The notes below the pieces were generated by a model that saw nothing but the letters and a program-made list of their open reading frames with translations, had not been told where the DNA came from and did no database searches. A stretch of 64,000 nucleotides of DNA, from positions 62,001 through 126,000 of the IMG/VR virus record IMGVR_UViG_3300027985_001318; one strand, written 5' to 3'. Both the position numbers and the translations under genes were made by a program. Below are positions 18,938 through 28,744 of this stretch, one piece after another; the first letter of the stretch is position 1, and each line of letters opens with the position of its first letter.

Positions 18938-19564
18938 ATGGCACAAGTAATCGAAGCTCATCCAGAAGCGTTTAATGCGATGGTCTTCGGGACGACATTG
19001 CATCCAGCTTCACTACAATTCCTACAACAAGCACCGCAGATACAAACTGCGCAGTTAACGGCAATGGGTCAGCAATTCATGACATTTGCCGAAAACATCG
19101 TGAATACCGTGCTGGACTCCAACGTTGCACGTACGGCTATGGCGGTATTGAGAACCGTCGACAATAGCTGGCGTGATGATGTAATTCGTGAACTACGAGA
19201 CATCGGACAATTCCAACACGCACCTGGTGCAATGTTGCGATGGATTATGTCCAACGAAATGGTTCAAGGCATGTGTGGTCGCCAAGAAATCGATGGGTAC
19301 TCTGGACGTTGGGTTGATCCTACCCCAGAAGAGTACGGTCGTGAGCGTTTCGAGTGGCGTTGTGTGAACAACGGCGTCATCGAGGAACGTATCGTGGATG
19401 GTGAGGAAACCTTTGGCTATACTCACTATCTAGATGACCGCGAGGCCTGCGATGAACTCAGCTTACCTGAAAAGGATGTGGTTACACAGAGCTGGGAAAA
19501 CATCGAACATTTCTTGCGCTATGGAAATACGGATCCCACATCGAAGTGGAATTCTTCCATGTAA
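18938..19564 (+). CDS. conserved protein (phiKZ gp59/Imp3-like position)
   Basis: GAGGT RBS; recalled motifs QxAP..M.RWIM, IDGYS, DPTS..N; synteny. Confidence 0.6.
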   Translation: MAQVIEAHPEAFNAMVFGTTLHPASLQFLQQAPQIQTAQLTAMGQQFMTFAENIVNTVLDSNVARTAMAVLRTVDNSWRDDVIRELRDIGQFQHAPGAMLRWIMSNEMVQGMCGRQEIDGYSGRWVDPTPEEYGRERFEWRCVNNGVIEERIVDGEETFGYTHYLDDREACDELSLPEKDVVTQSWENIEHFLRYGNTDPTSKWNSSM

Positions 19565-19568
19565 GAAC

Positions 19569-19594
19569 GGAGGCTTCGGCCTCCTTCTTTTTTT
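19569..19594 (+). terminator. intrinsic terminator
   Basis: GGAGGC-TTCG-GCCTCC plus T tract. Confidence 0.8.
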
Positions 19595-19640
19595 ATTGAT
19601 ACCGTATACTGTATGACTTTAACTTAGTAGGAGCCAGACC

Positions 19641-20036
19641 ATGACCGTTCCAGTTACTCCAGCGCTTTCTGCTCTGGGATGGGCAACTACGGTATCGGAC
19701 CGTTTAGATATCGAGTTTGCAAATTTCATTGCCTCAGATATCGCACAGTCTATACTGTTCCCGATAGCATCGCTGCCCTATTTGATCAAAAAGTACCAGA
19801 GCGATTTCCAAGGGCTCTGTAACGAAGCAACTACGGTGCTTCGAGAACATCTCAGCGGCTTGTTTGATCAAGTGGAACTATCGGTAACTTATGTTGTTGA
19901 TAGTGACGATGAAGCAAAGATTCAGTTGATTTTTGCTATCACCGTAATCGAGAACGGCGATGTTTTCAATATTCGTCAGGCGGTTGAGAACATCAATAGC
20001 AAGGTATTGAAACTGATGGAGATTAACAATGGCTGA
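19641..20036 (+). CDS. conserved small protein (possibly gp25-like baseplate protein)
   Basis: AGGAG RBS, upstream TATG; P.LS..GW...FIASD.AQS pattern; function inferred. Confidence 0.55.
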   Translation: MTVPVTPALSALGWATTVSDRLDIEFANFIASDIAQSILFPIASLPYLIKKYQSDFQGLCNEATTVLREHLSGLFDQVELSVTYVVDSDDEAKIQLIFAITVIENGDVFNIRQAVENINSKVLKLMEINNG

Positions 20037-20589
20037 TTCACGACTCCAGAATTCCAAGCAGGAACTAGCCGCTTTGCATGCGCTGATTGAAGACCCTGCC
20101 GTTCGTATCGAACTCAGCGTATTCCGAGCCAGATATTGGCAACTTATCAAGAATCTTCATAGTGCGCCCGAAGGTTTACTGATCTGGCGTGCTGAAGTCG
20201 ACCATAGTCTGTTACGATACGTAGATATCGTAGATGGCGGCAAAGTAGTGGCTCGAGTACCACCTATTCTGGCCGAATATCCTAGCGAAACCAAATACCA
20301 TAACAGCAGAGCTATGTCGAAGATTTCCAGCGACATAGAACACTGCATGGACATCAGTCCAATCGCTGCCGAGAAACTTATTGATAGCGTTTTACCGGCG
20401 CATTTTTCCTCGATCGACAAGTCAGATAAAATGAACATCACTAAGCAGACCATTCGTGATGCTTGGGATAGCCTTTACCTATTTTTCAACGAATCCCCGC
20501 CTTTCTCTAAAAACAACGAAAAACAGCCAGGCAAACAATCGAAACCGATAGCCAATCAACTGGAAGTTGAAGGATATGACGACTGGTAA
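20029..20589 (+). CDS. conserved hypothetical protein
   Basis: GGAG RBS; VDIVD.G..V..VPP pattern; synteny. Confidence 0.7.
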   Translation: MADSRLQNSKQELAALHALIEDPAVRIELSVFRARYWQLIKNLHSAPEGLLIWRAEVDHSLLRYVDIVDGGKVVARVPPILAEYPSETKYHNSRAMSKISSDIEHCMDISPIAAEKLIDSVLPAHFSSIDKSDKMNITKQTIRDAWDSLYLFFNESPPFSKNNEKQPGKQSKPIANQLEVEGYDDW

Positions 20590-21721
20590 AAGATCTGAGT
20601 TTACTTTCAAAAATACCAAAACAGCTAAAGTTCTTAAGATCCTGGAAATGGCCGATATTCATCTCGGCCATCAAAGAACCCCAACTAGCAGCACCTTAGA
20701 AGCTTTAGAGAAAGTAATCAATAACAAGTCTCTTAGAGAACTGGATATCCTGTTAATAGCCGGTGATTTTTTCGACCATCTCCTGCAATTACCAGAAGAT
20801 CGCGTCTTGCAAATACAGGCTTGGATTTCCAGAACTCTGGTACTTTGTAAAAAACATGACGTGGTCGTTAGAGTTCTGGAAGGTACTGGTAGTCATGACT
20901 GCAAGCAATCAAAAAGCTTCACCAACATCAACGAGAACGCCGGTATTTTCGCCGATGTTAAGTACGTAGATAAGATTTCAATAGAGCTGATCGAAAGATT
21001 TGGAATCTCTATACTCTACGTGCCGGACGACCAAGGTCATAATGACAACGTCTGGAAAACAGTACAAAAAACCTTGCTCGAAGCAGGCTTAGAAAGCGTC
21101 GACATGGCTGTGATGCATGGGTTCTTTGAGTTTCAGGTACCTTTCGGTGCCCAGGATAGTAACGCACATATTCGTGCTCGCTACGAGTCCATAGTTGAAC
21201 AAACCATCTTTATAGGGCATCATCACACTCATCGATTAGTCGGTAAAGTAGCTGTATCTGGAAGCCTTAACCGGCACACTCACGGCGAGGAGGAAGACAA
21301 GGGCTGTTTACTGGCCACGTATACCGAGGCCGGTCTAAAAACAATGGAGTTCTTAGTCAACCATAATGCCAAAGTTTACAAAACACTTGAAGTGCGTGGT
21401 AAGACAGTAGAAGAAACAATGAAGGCTTTGGATCTGCTCGGATTACCCTACGATAGTGCAGTGCGCTTACAGGTAAACGGACAAGACCCGATCTGTTCGG
21501 TGTTTCGCGATGTAAGTATGCGCTACCCGCAGTATGAGATGACGCTAGACAAAGAAAAATCGAAAGCGCTAGACGAGCGAATCGAAAGTATCAAATTCAG
21601 TTACGAACCAATAACCATAACCAAGGATAATATTCGACAACTCTTAACTGAAAGGTTGGTCGGAGCCATAGACCAAAAAGATCTTCCTGCATGTATGGAG
21701 TTGTTAGAAGAAGTCCTCTAA
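20576..21721 (+). CDS. sbcD: Mre11/SbcD-like metallophosphoesterase nuclease
   Basis: DIHLG, GDFFD, GT.SHD, MHG, IGHHH motifs; start probably ATG 20576 (track 20567). Confidence 0.85.
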   Translation: MTTGKRSEFTFKNTKTAKVLKILEMADIHLGHQRTPTSSTLEALEKVINNKSLRELDILLIAGDFFDHLLQLPEDRVLQIQAWISRTLVLCKKHDVVVRVLEGTGSHDCKQSKSFTNINENAGIFADVKYVDKISIELIERFGISILYVPDDQGHNDNVWKTVQKTLLEAGLESVDMAVMHGFFEFQVPFGAQDSNAHIRARYESIVEQTIFIGHHHTHRLVGKVAVSGSLNRHTHGEEEDKGCLLATYTEAGLKTMEFLVNHNAKVYKTLEVRGKTVEETMKALDLLGLPYDSAVRLQVNGQDPICSVFRDVSMRYPQYEMTLDKEKSKALDERIESIKFSYEPITITKDNIRQLLTERLVGAIDQKDLPACMELLEEVL

Positions 21722-21730
21722 GGAGCGACC

Positions 21731-22576
21731 ATGGGCGTTAGCTCTTTCTATAACCGCGAGATGGGTGAAAAACTCCCCATCTCAATAGGTACGGCTCTGG
21801 CGCTAGAGACCTTGTTAGATCCATCGCTTACCACAGCCTGGACTAACGCAAAAGTACCTTATCTTTACCTGAACCTCCACACTCTGTTCAGAAACCTCTA
21901 TGGGTCTATGACGGTGTTGGATAAGGTGGGTGTGAGCGACGTTGACTTCGCTCAGGTTCTGGCAAAAGAAATCGTATACATCAGAGACTTTCTCGAGAAG
22001 GACGGCCGTGGGACTAAGTTAGTGGCTTATTGTCCAACTTACGAAGGACTGATGCAGCGTTTCAAATACGCCAACGTCAAAACCATCAATACCCCCAAGC
22101 AGAAAGAATATGTGTTGTTAAACACCACAACACTCAAGGTCCTGATCAAAGAACCTGAGAAATTCAAACAACAACTCGGGGTAGAGTTGGAGGTTACCGA
22201 TTACAAACCACCTAAACACATGGAAAGAAACTGCGTGATAATGACACATCACCCAGTGGAGCTTCTATTCTCTCCGGTTTCAACTACCTTACTAGAATCC
22301 CATACAGGGAAGTATAAAAAGTTTCCTGAATGGAATACTAAGTTAGGTAGTAGTTCAGACACCAGCCACATGCCTTTCAATGCCCTGACATTACAAGTGT
22401 TTGGCGATGGTGTTGATTTTGGTCCAATGGACCGGAACGTAAGAGCAGTTCTAATGGCTTTGGCTCAGGAAAGAAAATGGACTGCCGTTACAACAAAGGA
22501 CCGGATTCTAGTCTCGCTAGACTTGATGAAGGATAGGTTGTCAGCTGAGCGACTGAAGTTGCTACTGCTGTCTTAA
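21731..22576 (+). CDS. conserved protein (gp66-like)
   Basis: TAAGGAG RBS; SIGT.LALE, TLFRN, LLESHTG, QVFGD motifs. Confidence 0.7.
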   Translation: MGVSSFYNREMGEKLPISIGTALALETLLDPSLTTAWTNAKVPYLYLNLHTLFRNLYGSMTVLDKVGVSDVDFAQVLAKEIVYIRDFLEKDGRGTKLVAYCPTYEGLMQRFKYANVKTINTPKQKEYVLLNTTTLKVLIKEPEKFKQQLGVELEVTDYKPPKHMERNCVIMTHHPVELLFSPVSTTLLESHTGKYKKFPEWNTKLGSSSDTSHMPFNALTLQVFGDGVDFGPMDRNVRAVLMALAQERKWTAVTTKDRILVSLDLMKDRLSAERLKLLLLS

Positions 22577-22628
22577 TTTACGTATTGCACAGATATGTGA
22601 GACATAACAGGATCCCTAGGAGTCGACA

Positions 22629-23546
22629 ATGGGTGAAAATGAAAATATGGCCCAAGCGCCAAGCCAGGACGCTGGCAAACGCCCTTGGAATGCTTTGGAC
22701 GAATGGAAACTGCGTCTGATTGGACGTGTTCTCGATGGAGCCAAAAAGAACTCTACACTGAAGCTGGCTATGATAGCCAACCAGCTTCGGTTCCAGGCGT
22801 TCACCAATATCGAGAACGACCCCACCGGTGGTAAGGTGGAAGCTAAGCTCGGTGCTTACGACATGTACGCTGTGTTTAAAGTCATCGAAAACGCAGCAGC
22901 TAACCGCGATTTCAAGGCCCTGAGCATTCCCTGTAAAACCGGACCGGAAAGCGAACAGGTATTGGAATCGACCATTATCATCGGCCGAGATTCTGAGCAA
23001 TGCATTTTTATTGCTCTGAAACCCGGCCCTGGTTCGCAATGTCAAACCAACATGAGCTTCCAGTTCTACCCAAGCTCTTACCATAGCCTTCAGCGTGCTG
23101 ATGGTCAGGAAACCTCCAAGGCTGAGATTTCAGAGTACTGGACCTTTGCCTGGCTGGAACTTATGCGTAATCTTTGCGGTTCCGTACTGGCTTTCTCTGG
23201 CAAAGATCGTTCCGGGCAGGAAAATGTCAACGGCGAAGCGCTGGCTGAACGTCCCAAGCAACAATGGCAGGGCGGTGGTCAGAAGAAACCTTGGCAGGGT
23301 AATGGTGGCGGCGGTGGTGGTTACCAGAAGAAGCCCTGGCAAGGAAACAATGGTGGCGGTGGTTACCAGAAGAAACCTTGGCAGGGTAATGGTGGCGGTG
23401 GCGGTGGTTACCAGAAGAAGCCCTGGCAAGGAAACAATGGTGGCGGTGGTAATAACAACTACCAACAAAAGTCATCCAACGGCTACAGTGGCGACATCAG
23501 CGTTAACGAAGGCAGTGAAGGCTTCGAGGACGGTATCCCGTTCTAA
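22629..23546 (+). CDS. gp67/Imp6-position protein with G/Q-rich linker and SSB-like tail
   Basis: Synteny; KKPWQG repeats; ends GFEDGIPF. Confidence 0.7.
   Translation: MGENENMAQAPSQDAGKRPWNALDEWKLRLIGRVLDGAKKNSTLKLAMIANQLRFQAFTNIENDPTGGKVEAKLGAYDMYAVFKVIENAAANRDFKALSIPCKTGPESEQVLESTIIIGRDSEQCIFIALKPGPGSQCQTNMSFQFYPSSYHSLQRADGQETSKAEISEYWTFAWLELMRNLCGSVLAFSGKDRSGQENVNGEALAERPKQQWQGGGQKKPWQGNGGGGGGYQKKPWQGNNGGGGYQKKPWQGNGGGGGGYQKKPWQGNNGGGGNNNYQQKSSNGYSGDISVNEGSEGFEDGIPF
23280..23453 (+). repeat. coding tandem repeat, (45+42 nt) x2
   Basis: Four QKKPWQGN(G/N)GGGG(GG)Y units arranged A-B-A-B at DNA level. Confidence 0.9.
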
Positions 23547-23548
23547 CC

Positions 23549-23580
23549 AAAAAAGGGAAGGGGATTCCCCTTCCCTTTGT
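23549..23580 (+). terminator. intrinsic terminator
   Basis: AAAGGGAAGGGG-ATT-CCCCTTCCCTTT. Confidence 0.75.
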
Positions 23581-23610
23581 TCTGTAACGACACGATCCAA
23601 TAAAAACAAA

Positions 23611-23630
23611 GACCTATATCACTATTGTGG
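23611..23630 (+). promoter_or_regulatory. early promoter
   Basis: gaccTATATCACtattgtgg. Confidence 0.65.
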
Positions 23631-23649
23631 CAACTAGTGAGGAAAGACC

Positions 23650-25191
23650 ATGCGTATTTACATAAAGGATCTCAAAGGGAACTCGATAACCGAAAGGCTT
23701 CGTGAGGTTGTCACTGAACATAACGGAGAGGAGATAGTCTGGAACGTTAATAACTACTCACAACAGACTATTTCTGAACTACCAAACCTTTTTACCTGCA
23801 TCAATGAGTATTGGGGTAAGATGCAGGGCCAGCGGCAAACTAGAATCTTTCAGCTCTACAAAGACGCTCACGATATTTTGTATTCGGTATCTGACATGCG
23901 TCGGCTTTTGGAGCGGTTACGTCCAGTGGTTTGTGAGTTGCTCCACGAGCATCATCCGGATGAGATTTATTGGTACCTGAAAACCCCAGGCAATATGGTC
24001 ATGCCAGCTACTCTGCGTGACACGCTGGCAGAGAACCATAAGCCAGAGCGAACCTATCTGCGCGAAGACTATTGTGGTCTCGCAATGGTAGCTATGCTAT
24101 TGCGTGTAATGGTTCCAATTTGGGGCGAGTTCTGTAACCAGCAAAGTGGTGCTGGCGATAGACGAGAAGTCCAAGCAGTCAAGTTACTTGACGGCTCCGG
24201 TCTGTTAGAACGACCAGAAATTGCCAAGCTTCAAACCCTTGTGGATGTACTGGTTAAGGAAGAAGCCGTGCCGTTGGCGGCATTGTTGGCTTTGAACGGT
24301 TCTGAAGACATGGGCGGTTGGTTGTTTGCTCAGACTCTACTGCGCCGGGTAGCCATCGGAGAGATTTCTCGGATGGATCAGACTATCAACATTGTCAGTA
24401 ACGTACACAAACACGTTACGAGCAGTATGGCTCAGCTGGAAAGACGCTACGGTGGGCGAGTATCCCACAAGTACGGTAACGTGGACAATGGGGAACGGGA
24501 AGACAACTCTTCCAACCTAGAAGCCCACAAAGAAATTTCTGTAGTGGCGGCTGGCGAACTCGAACTCGACGCGGTGTTTATGCGTAATATACAGAACGTA
24601 GCGCTCAAGATCGATCCAACGATTGATCTCGATAAGTTACGAATCTGTACCGAGGCTGTTGAGAAAGCTCGTTATAGTGCTCAGTTAGCTTTGGAGCAAC
24701 ACCAGGACCTGTTAGCGCAATGGTGTATGGCTGACGTTCTCTCTGTCGAAAGTATCTCTTACCTTCGCGAGAACCATTACAAAACTCTTTGCATTACGCA
24801 AGCACTTCTTTGGCATTGGGGTTTTCCCAATCTGGCGATGCTAGTTTGCGTTGGTGGTAGAGAGCGTGGTGAGAACGACATGATCATTACCGAACAGCGA
24901 AGTCGCATACCGAAAGATATCGCGGCAAAGCTGCAGAAAATGTTCACTTACTACAAAGGGGTTCCAGTACCCAATACAGTAGGTACCGAAAATAGCAAGG
25001 AAAATCCTGGACACCAGGCTATCGAAAATTTCTGCCGGTACCTGAATAATAAGATCTGGATTGATCTCAATCCGCAAGCACTACGTGAGCAAGCAAAAAT
25101 AAATACCGTGGATGGCATAATAGTTATTCATGGTTCTATTAAAGTAGAGTTGGCTCAGCTCGGTATTTTCATAGCAGAAAGACAGGAGTAG
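23650..25191 (+). CDS. nvRNAP promoter-specificity subunit (gp68-like)
   Basis: 513 aa; synteny; ERTYLREDY, M.PIWGE, QALLWHWGF patterns. Confidence 0.75.
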   Translation: MRIYIKDLKGNSITERLREVVTEHNGEEIVWNVNNYSQQTISELPNLFTCINEYWGKMQGQRQTRIFQLYKDAHDILYSVSDMRRLLERLRPVVCELLHEHHPDEIYWYLKTPGNMVMPATLRDTLAENHKPERTYLREDYCGLAMVAMLLRVMVPIWGEFCNQQSGAGDRREVQAVKLLDGSGLLERPEIAKLQTLVDVLVKEEAVPLAALLALNGSEDMGGWLFAQTLLRRVAIGEISRMDQTINIVSNVHKHVTSSMAQLERRYGGRVSHKYGNVDNGEREDNSSNLEAHKEISVVAAGELELDAVFMRNIQNVALKIDPTIDLDKLRICTEAVEKARYSAQLALEQHQDLLAQWCMADVLSVESISYLRENHYKTLCITQALLWHWGFPNLAMLVCVGGRERGENDMIITEQRSRIPKDIAAKLQKMFTYYKGVPVPNTVGTENSKENPGHQAIENFCRYLNNKIWIDLNPQALREQAKINTVDGIIVIHGSIKVELAQLGIFIAERQE

Positions 25192-25194
25192 AAA

Positions 25195-26799
25195 ATGTTT
25201 GGCAATAATGACATGTACGGTGTGACGCTGGAGATAGAAGAGTTGCTGCTCTTCCAGACCGGCACCTACAACGACCAGTATCGTCACGACTACACCGTAA
25301 ATCAACAAGGTCACGGCAATATGCTGATGGCCGCTTCCGAACAACTGAACGAAGTTACACATGAAGGTAAAAACCTTAACCCTGTCACACTGGCGCAGTT
25401 AGGTACTAACATCATTGCGCCGCGCGCTCAAGTAACCCATAACGAGTTCGTCACTATCCCGTTTGGTTGGGGACAGGAACGTTTCTTGTTCATGATGAAA
25501 GTTCGCGCCCAGCAAGCTATGTCAAACATAGTTAACTACTATTACCTCACCGGCTACACGGACAACAACGAGATCAGTTTGGTTGGAAACATTTCCCCTA
25601 ATCTGAAATTCTACATCAACAACTCCGTTCGTGTCCGCGAAGTAATAAATGCTATCAATGGAGCAAACGTATCTACGCTCCAAGGCGTGCAACTTTCCCA
25701 GGTGTTGTTAGGTACCCACAACCCAGGCGTAAGTTCCATGGGTCCGGCAGCTAACAATGAGTTCCAAATGCTGCCGAGCACAATGGCTGAAATGGCTGGT
25801 ACTTTGGCTTGTTCTCAGCAAGGTATTGCCCAGCCGACAGGTCAGTACGGTGGAATGGGTGGAGTGCCGCCACAGTACAACGGTCCGGCCATGATCGAAA
25901 CAACCCCGATGTTCCATAACGGTGCGGTACTCCAGACCCGCGATAACAACATGCCGAACCGCTGGTTGTCTCGGTTCTTGACTGGTTTTAGCGTTGGTGT
26001 TGGTGACACTTACAACGATACCACTGACAGTAACATGTTCAGTGCTATGGCTGGGGCAATGGCGGAACCTTTGTTCCAAAACGATCAAGTTCTGGCCATG
26101 TTCAAGCGTCATACATCGTTCGGTGATCCAAATTCAGGCTTCATTAGCTGGGCCGAACTCTGTAACATGAGTCCTGGTTTGGATAATCGCACCAAGGTTA
26201 ACCGGGTTAGTAACCAAGATCTTCACTACCTGCAACAAGTGAACGGTAGTGAAGCCTGGCATGCCGCGACCCGCAATGCCTGGGCTGCTTCGCTGATCTC
26301 TCAGATCTTGCCGTCTATCATGGCTCCGCTGATGTTGATGCGGGTTACTTTCACGGTAACTAACATGGTTGTTGGCGGCGGGTTGCAGTTCCAAATCCAC
26401 AGTAACACCACAGACCCTTATGTGATTACTCCGAAGTCATTCATGTCTTCGAACGTCGATATCAGCGCGTATCTTCAACAATTCCAGGCTCGAGTGCTGG
26501 CCGAACTGATGCCCTCAGTTCTCCATAGCCCAGATTGGCCGGTAAGTATCGTTGTCGATGCTCAATTGACCAGAGACATAGTGATCAATTTGTCTGTGGG
26601 CGGTGAACCAACTGAGAAGTTCGTGTTCCCGACATTTGCCGACCATCGTCTGGCTCCGGTAATGACCAACAACTACGCCAACGTACAAAACATGTCAGCT
26701 GACCTGGTAACGTTGGCGAACCAAGTAATTTCAGCCCCGTTAGGGACTTCTTCAGTGAATATGGGAGGCTATAGTGGCACAAGTTTTGGAACTGTATAA
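25195..26799 (+). CDS. picA: phage nuclear protein import factor PicA/Imp1 (gp69-like)
   Basis: Between gp68 and gp70; TGTYNDQ.R, I..GW...RF.F, GYTD, PTFAD...P patterns. Confidence 0.72.
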   Translation: MFGNNDMYGVTLEIEELLLFQTGTYNDQYRHDYTVNQQGHGNMLMAASEQLNEVTHEGKNLNPVTLAQLGTNIIAPRAQVTHNEFVTIPFGWGQERFLFMMKVRAQQAMSNIVNYYYLTGYTDNNEISLVGNISPNLKFYINNSVRVREVINAINGANVSTLQGVQLSQVLLGTHNPGVSSMGPAANNEFQMLPSTMAEMAGTLACSQQGIAQPTGQYGGMGGVPPQYNGPAMIETTPMFHNGAVLQTRDNNMPNRWLSRFLTGFSVGVGDTYNDTTDSNMFSAMAGAMAEPLFQNDQVLAMFKRHTSFGDPNSGFISWAELCNMSPGLDNRTKVNRVSNQDLHYLQQVNGSEAWHAATRNAWAASLISQILPSIMAPLMLMRVTFTVTNMVVGGGLQFQIHSNTTDPYVITPKSFMSSNVDISAYLQQFQARVLAELMPSVLHSPDWPVSIVVDAQLTRDIVINLSVGGEPTEKFVFPTFADHRLAPVMTNNYANVQNMSADLVTLANQVISAPLGTSSVNMGGYSGTSFGTV

Positions 26800-28273
26800 A
26801 GAGATCGCTGGTTTCATCGGCACCAAGTTCGATGAAAACGGCTCTTTGTCTCAATATTACGATGATGAAAAAATCGTCGTAACGGTAGGTGGGAAGGTTC
26901 TTAAACTTCCCACCAATGAGTTCCTCAAGAACCCTGACTGGGATAACAACATCGCCTTTCATCCGCTCTCCGAGCAAAGCTTCCGTGGCGAATCCGAAGT
27001 ACTCCAGCAACTGCGTAAGTTGCTGGTCTTCCGCTTCAACCACACGCTGACTCGTATGACCGAGCTACTGATCGAGCTGGCTGCCGATCCCAGTCAACAT
27101 CGTAAGTTGGGAGCTAAAGCTTCCAAGTACCTGTCTCTGGTACCCAAGGCCGACGCTAAGTCGGTCACTGACATGGGTAAAATCCTGGATAAGTTGGGAT
27201 CTAACAACCACCGCTGGCTGGTTGGGATGTATCTCAAACGTCCTGGTAAAATCGCTGATACGACGTACGGTCGAGTTGCCGTATTCCGCTATCCGATTCT
27301 GACAGACTACTCGGACTCCAAGCGGACCATCTTCGATGTACATCTGCGTGTCGACGACTACAAGGATTTCAAGAACTTCTTCAAATTCCTGCTGGGGATC
27401 CCTGAAGACGGTAACATCGAAGTCCATAACTTCGGTACCAATACCGAAACGGCCCCCTACCTCACAGCTGTATTGGGCGGTGGGCTGAAACTGGCCAAGC
27501 ACTTGAACGTACTGCTGAAACAGTTCCAGAAAGCCATTCCGGAATTCGAATCGCTGTTGTTCAATACTGACTGGGAAAACATGATCGACGAGTTCGAGCG
27601 TCTGTCAAGCGATATCATTCCTCTGGAAGGTAATCGCGGCGTTCCCAATCCTGACGCGCAGCCTGAACTGGATGAAGAACAAGTCTCCAATGAAGCTATT
27701 CCGAGCAAACGCAAAGCTGATCGCTCCCAGATGATGCGTTCCGGTCTCAGCGACAACATCCAATTGTCCCAACCACAACAACAGAGCCCAACTACGTGCT
27801 CTGTTCAACAACAAACTCAACAAGTACAACAGCCGGCCAAACAGCCCAGTTCTAGCGAAAGCATAAGCTGGGACGAGGCTATGAAGAACCGCCAACAACA
27901 GCAACAAATGGTTTACCAGCAGCCCATGATGGTCCAGCAACCTGGCATGATGATGATGCAGCAGCCGCAGCAGTTCTTTCAACAAAACCAGCCCAGCGGT
28001 TTTGCCAGACAGCAGCCGATGCAGCAGCCCATGATGATGCAGCAGCCCATGATGATGCAGCAGCCGCAGTTCTTTCAGCCTGGCATGATGATGCCGCAGC
28101 AGCAGCAGTTCTTTCAGCCTGGCATGCAACCTGGCATGATGATGCAGCAGCCGCAACAGAACCCCGTGATGTCGGCATTTGCTCAAGCTGGCGGGATGGG
28201 CCAAGCTATTCAACAACCGTTAAGTCAGTTCGGTTTCCAGATGGCTCCGACTACGTCATTTAGTGTTGTCTAA
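26774..28273 (+). CDS. chmC: ChmC-like nucleus-associated RNA-binding protein (gp70-like)
   Basis: GGAGG RBS with GTG start; LPT..L, FHPLSE...GES.V, GN.G; long Q/M/P-rich tail. Confidence 0.7.
   Translation: MAQVLELYKEIAGFIGTKFDENGSLSQYYDDEKIVVTVGGKVLKLPTNEFLKNPDWDNNIAFHPLSEQSFRGESEVLQQLRKLLVFRFNHTLTRMTELLIELAADPSQHRKLGAKASKYLSLVPKADAKSVTDMGKILDKLGSNNHRWLVGMYLKRPGKIADTTYGRVAVFRYPILTDYSDSKRTIFDVHLRVDDYKDFKNFFKFLLGIPEDGNIEVHNFGTNTETAPYLTAVLGGGLKLAKHLNVLLKQFQKAIPEFESLLFNTDWENMIDEFERLSSDIIPLEGNRGVPNPDAQPELDEEQVSNEAIPSKRKADRSQMMRSGLSDNIQLSQPQQQSPTTCSVQQQTQQVQQPAKQPSSSESISWDEAMKNRQQQQQMVYQQPMMVQQPGMMMMQQPQQFFQQNQPSGFARQQPMQQPMMMQQPMMMQQPQFFQPGMMMPQQQQFFQPGMQPGMMMQQPQQNPVMSAFAQAGGMGQAIQQPLSQFGFQMAPTTSFSVV
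27770..28230 (+). repeat. low-complexity Q/P/M coding repeats
   Basis: Repeated QQPMMMQQP / QQFFQPG units. Confidence 0.85.
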
Positions 28274-28287
28274 ATAACACGTGTTAT

Positions 28288-28317
28288 AAGGAGGGCGAAA
28301 GCCCTCCTTTATTTTTT
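28288..28317. terminator. terminator between convergent genes
   Basis: GGAGGGC-GAAA-GCCCTCC. Confidence 0.8.
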
Positions 28318-28342
28318 AATGAAATCCAAAATTACGTGACAA

Positions 28343-28681
28343 TCAGATGTTATGGTAGGTTACGTGAGTTTTACGTATTTTTTCCAAAGTTTCAATCGAT
28401 GGTATTAAGATACTCTCAATTGAGGTATCGAACTGATTTGGAGAAACCATATCGTTAAGACGCATGATTACCCAAAAATAGGCTCTATTAATACTCCCCA
28501 ACGAATACAAGTAGCGATAAAAATCGCCACCAAAACGGTAAGCATCATTAGCTGCAACGACCATGCTTCTGGTTGTTTCATGACTGCGTAACCAATTAAG
28601 GTGACTTTCTAATACAGCCCTGAAGTCCTGGTCGTAGAACAAAGAATTACTTGTGGACGGTAATTTTTCTGCAATTTTCAT
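28343..28681 (-). CDS. small LysM/T4 gp53-like baseplate protein (putative)
   Basis: YFWVIMRLNDM.SP...ILIP resembles the gp53/tail-X LysM pattern. Confidence 0.5.
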   Translation of the reverse strand: MKIAEKLPSTSNSLFYDQDFRAVLESHLNWLRSHETTRSMVVAANDAYRFGGDFYRYLYSLGSINRAYFWVIMRLNDMVSPNQFDTSIESILIPSIETLEKIRKTHVTYHNI

Positions 28682-28701
28682 AAAAATACCAAAAAGATAT
28701 G

Positions 28702-28722
28702 GAACCTATATCATCTACAAGG
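28702..28722 (+). promoter_or_regulatory. early promoter
   Basis: gaaccTATATCATctacaagg. Confidence 0.55.
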
Positions 28723-28744
28723 TAAAGGTAACGGAGAATAAGAA

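Noticed and set aside
23280-23453. CRISPR-like array
   Set aside because: In-frame coding repeat without unique spacers; no cas genes or CRISPR array seen in the window
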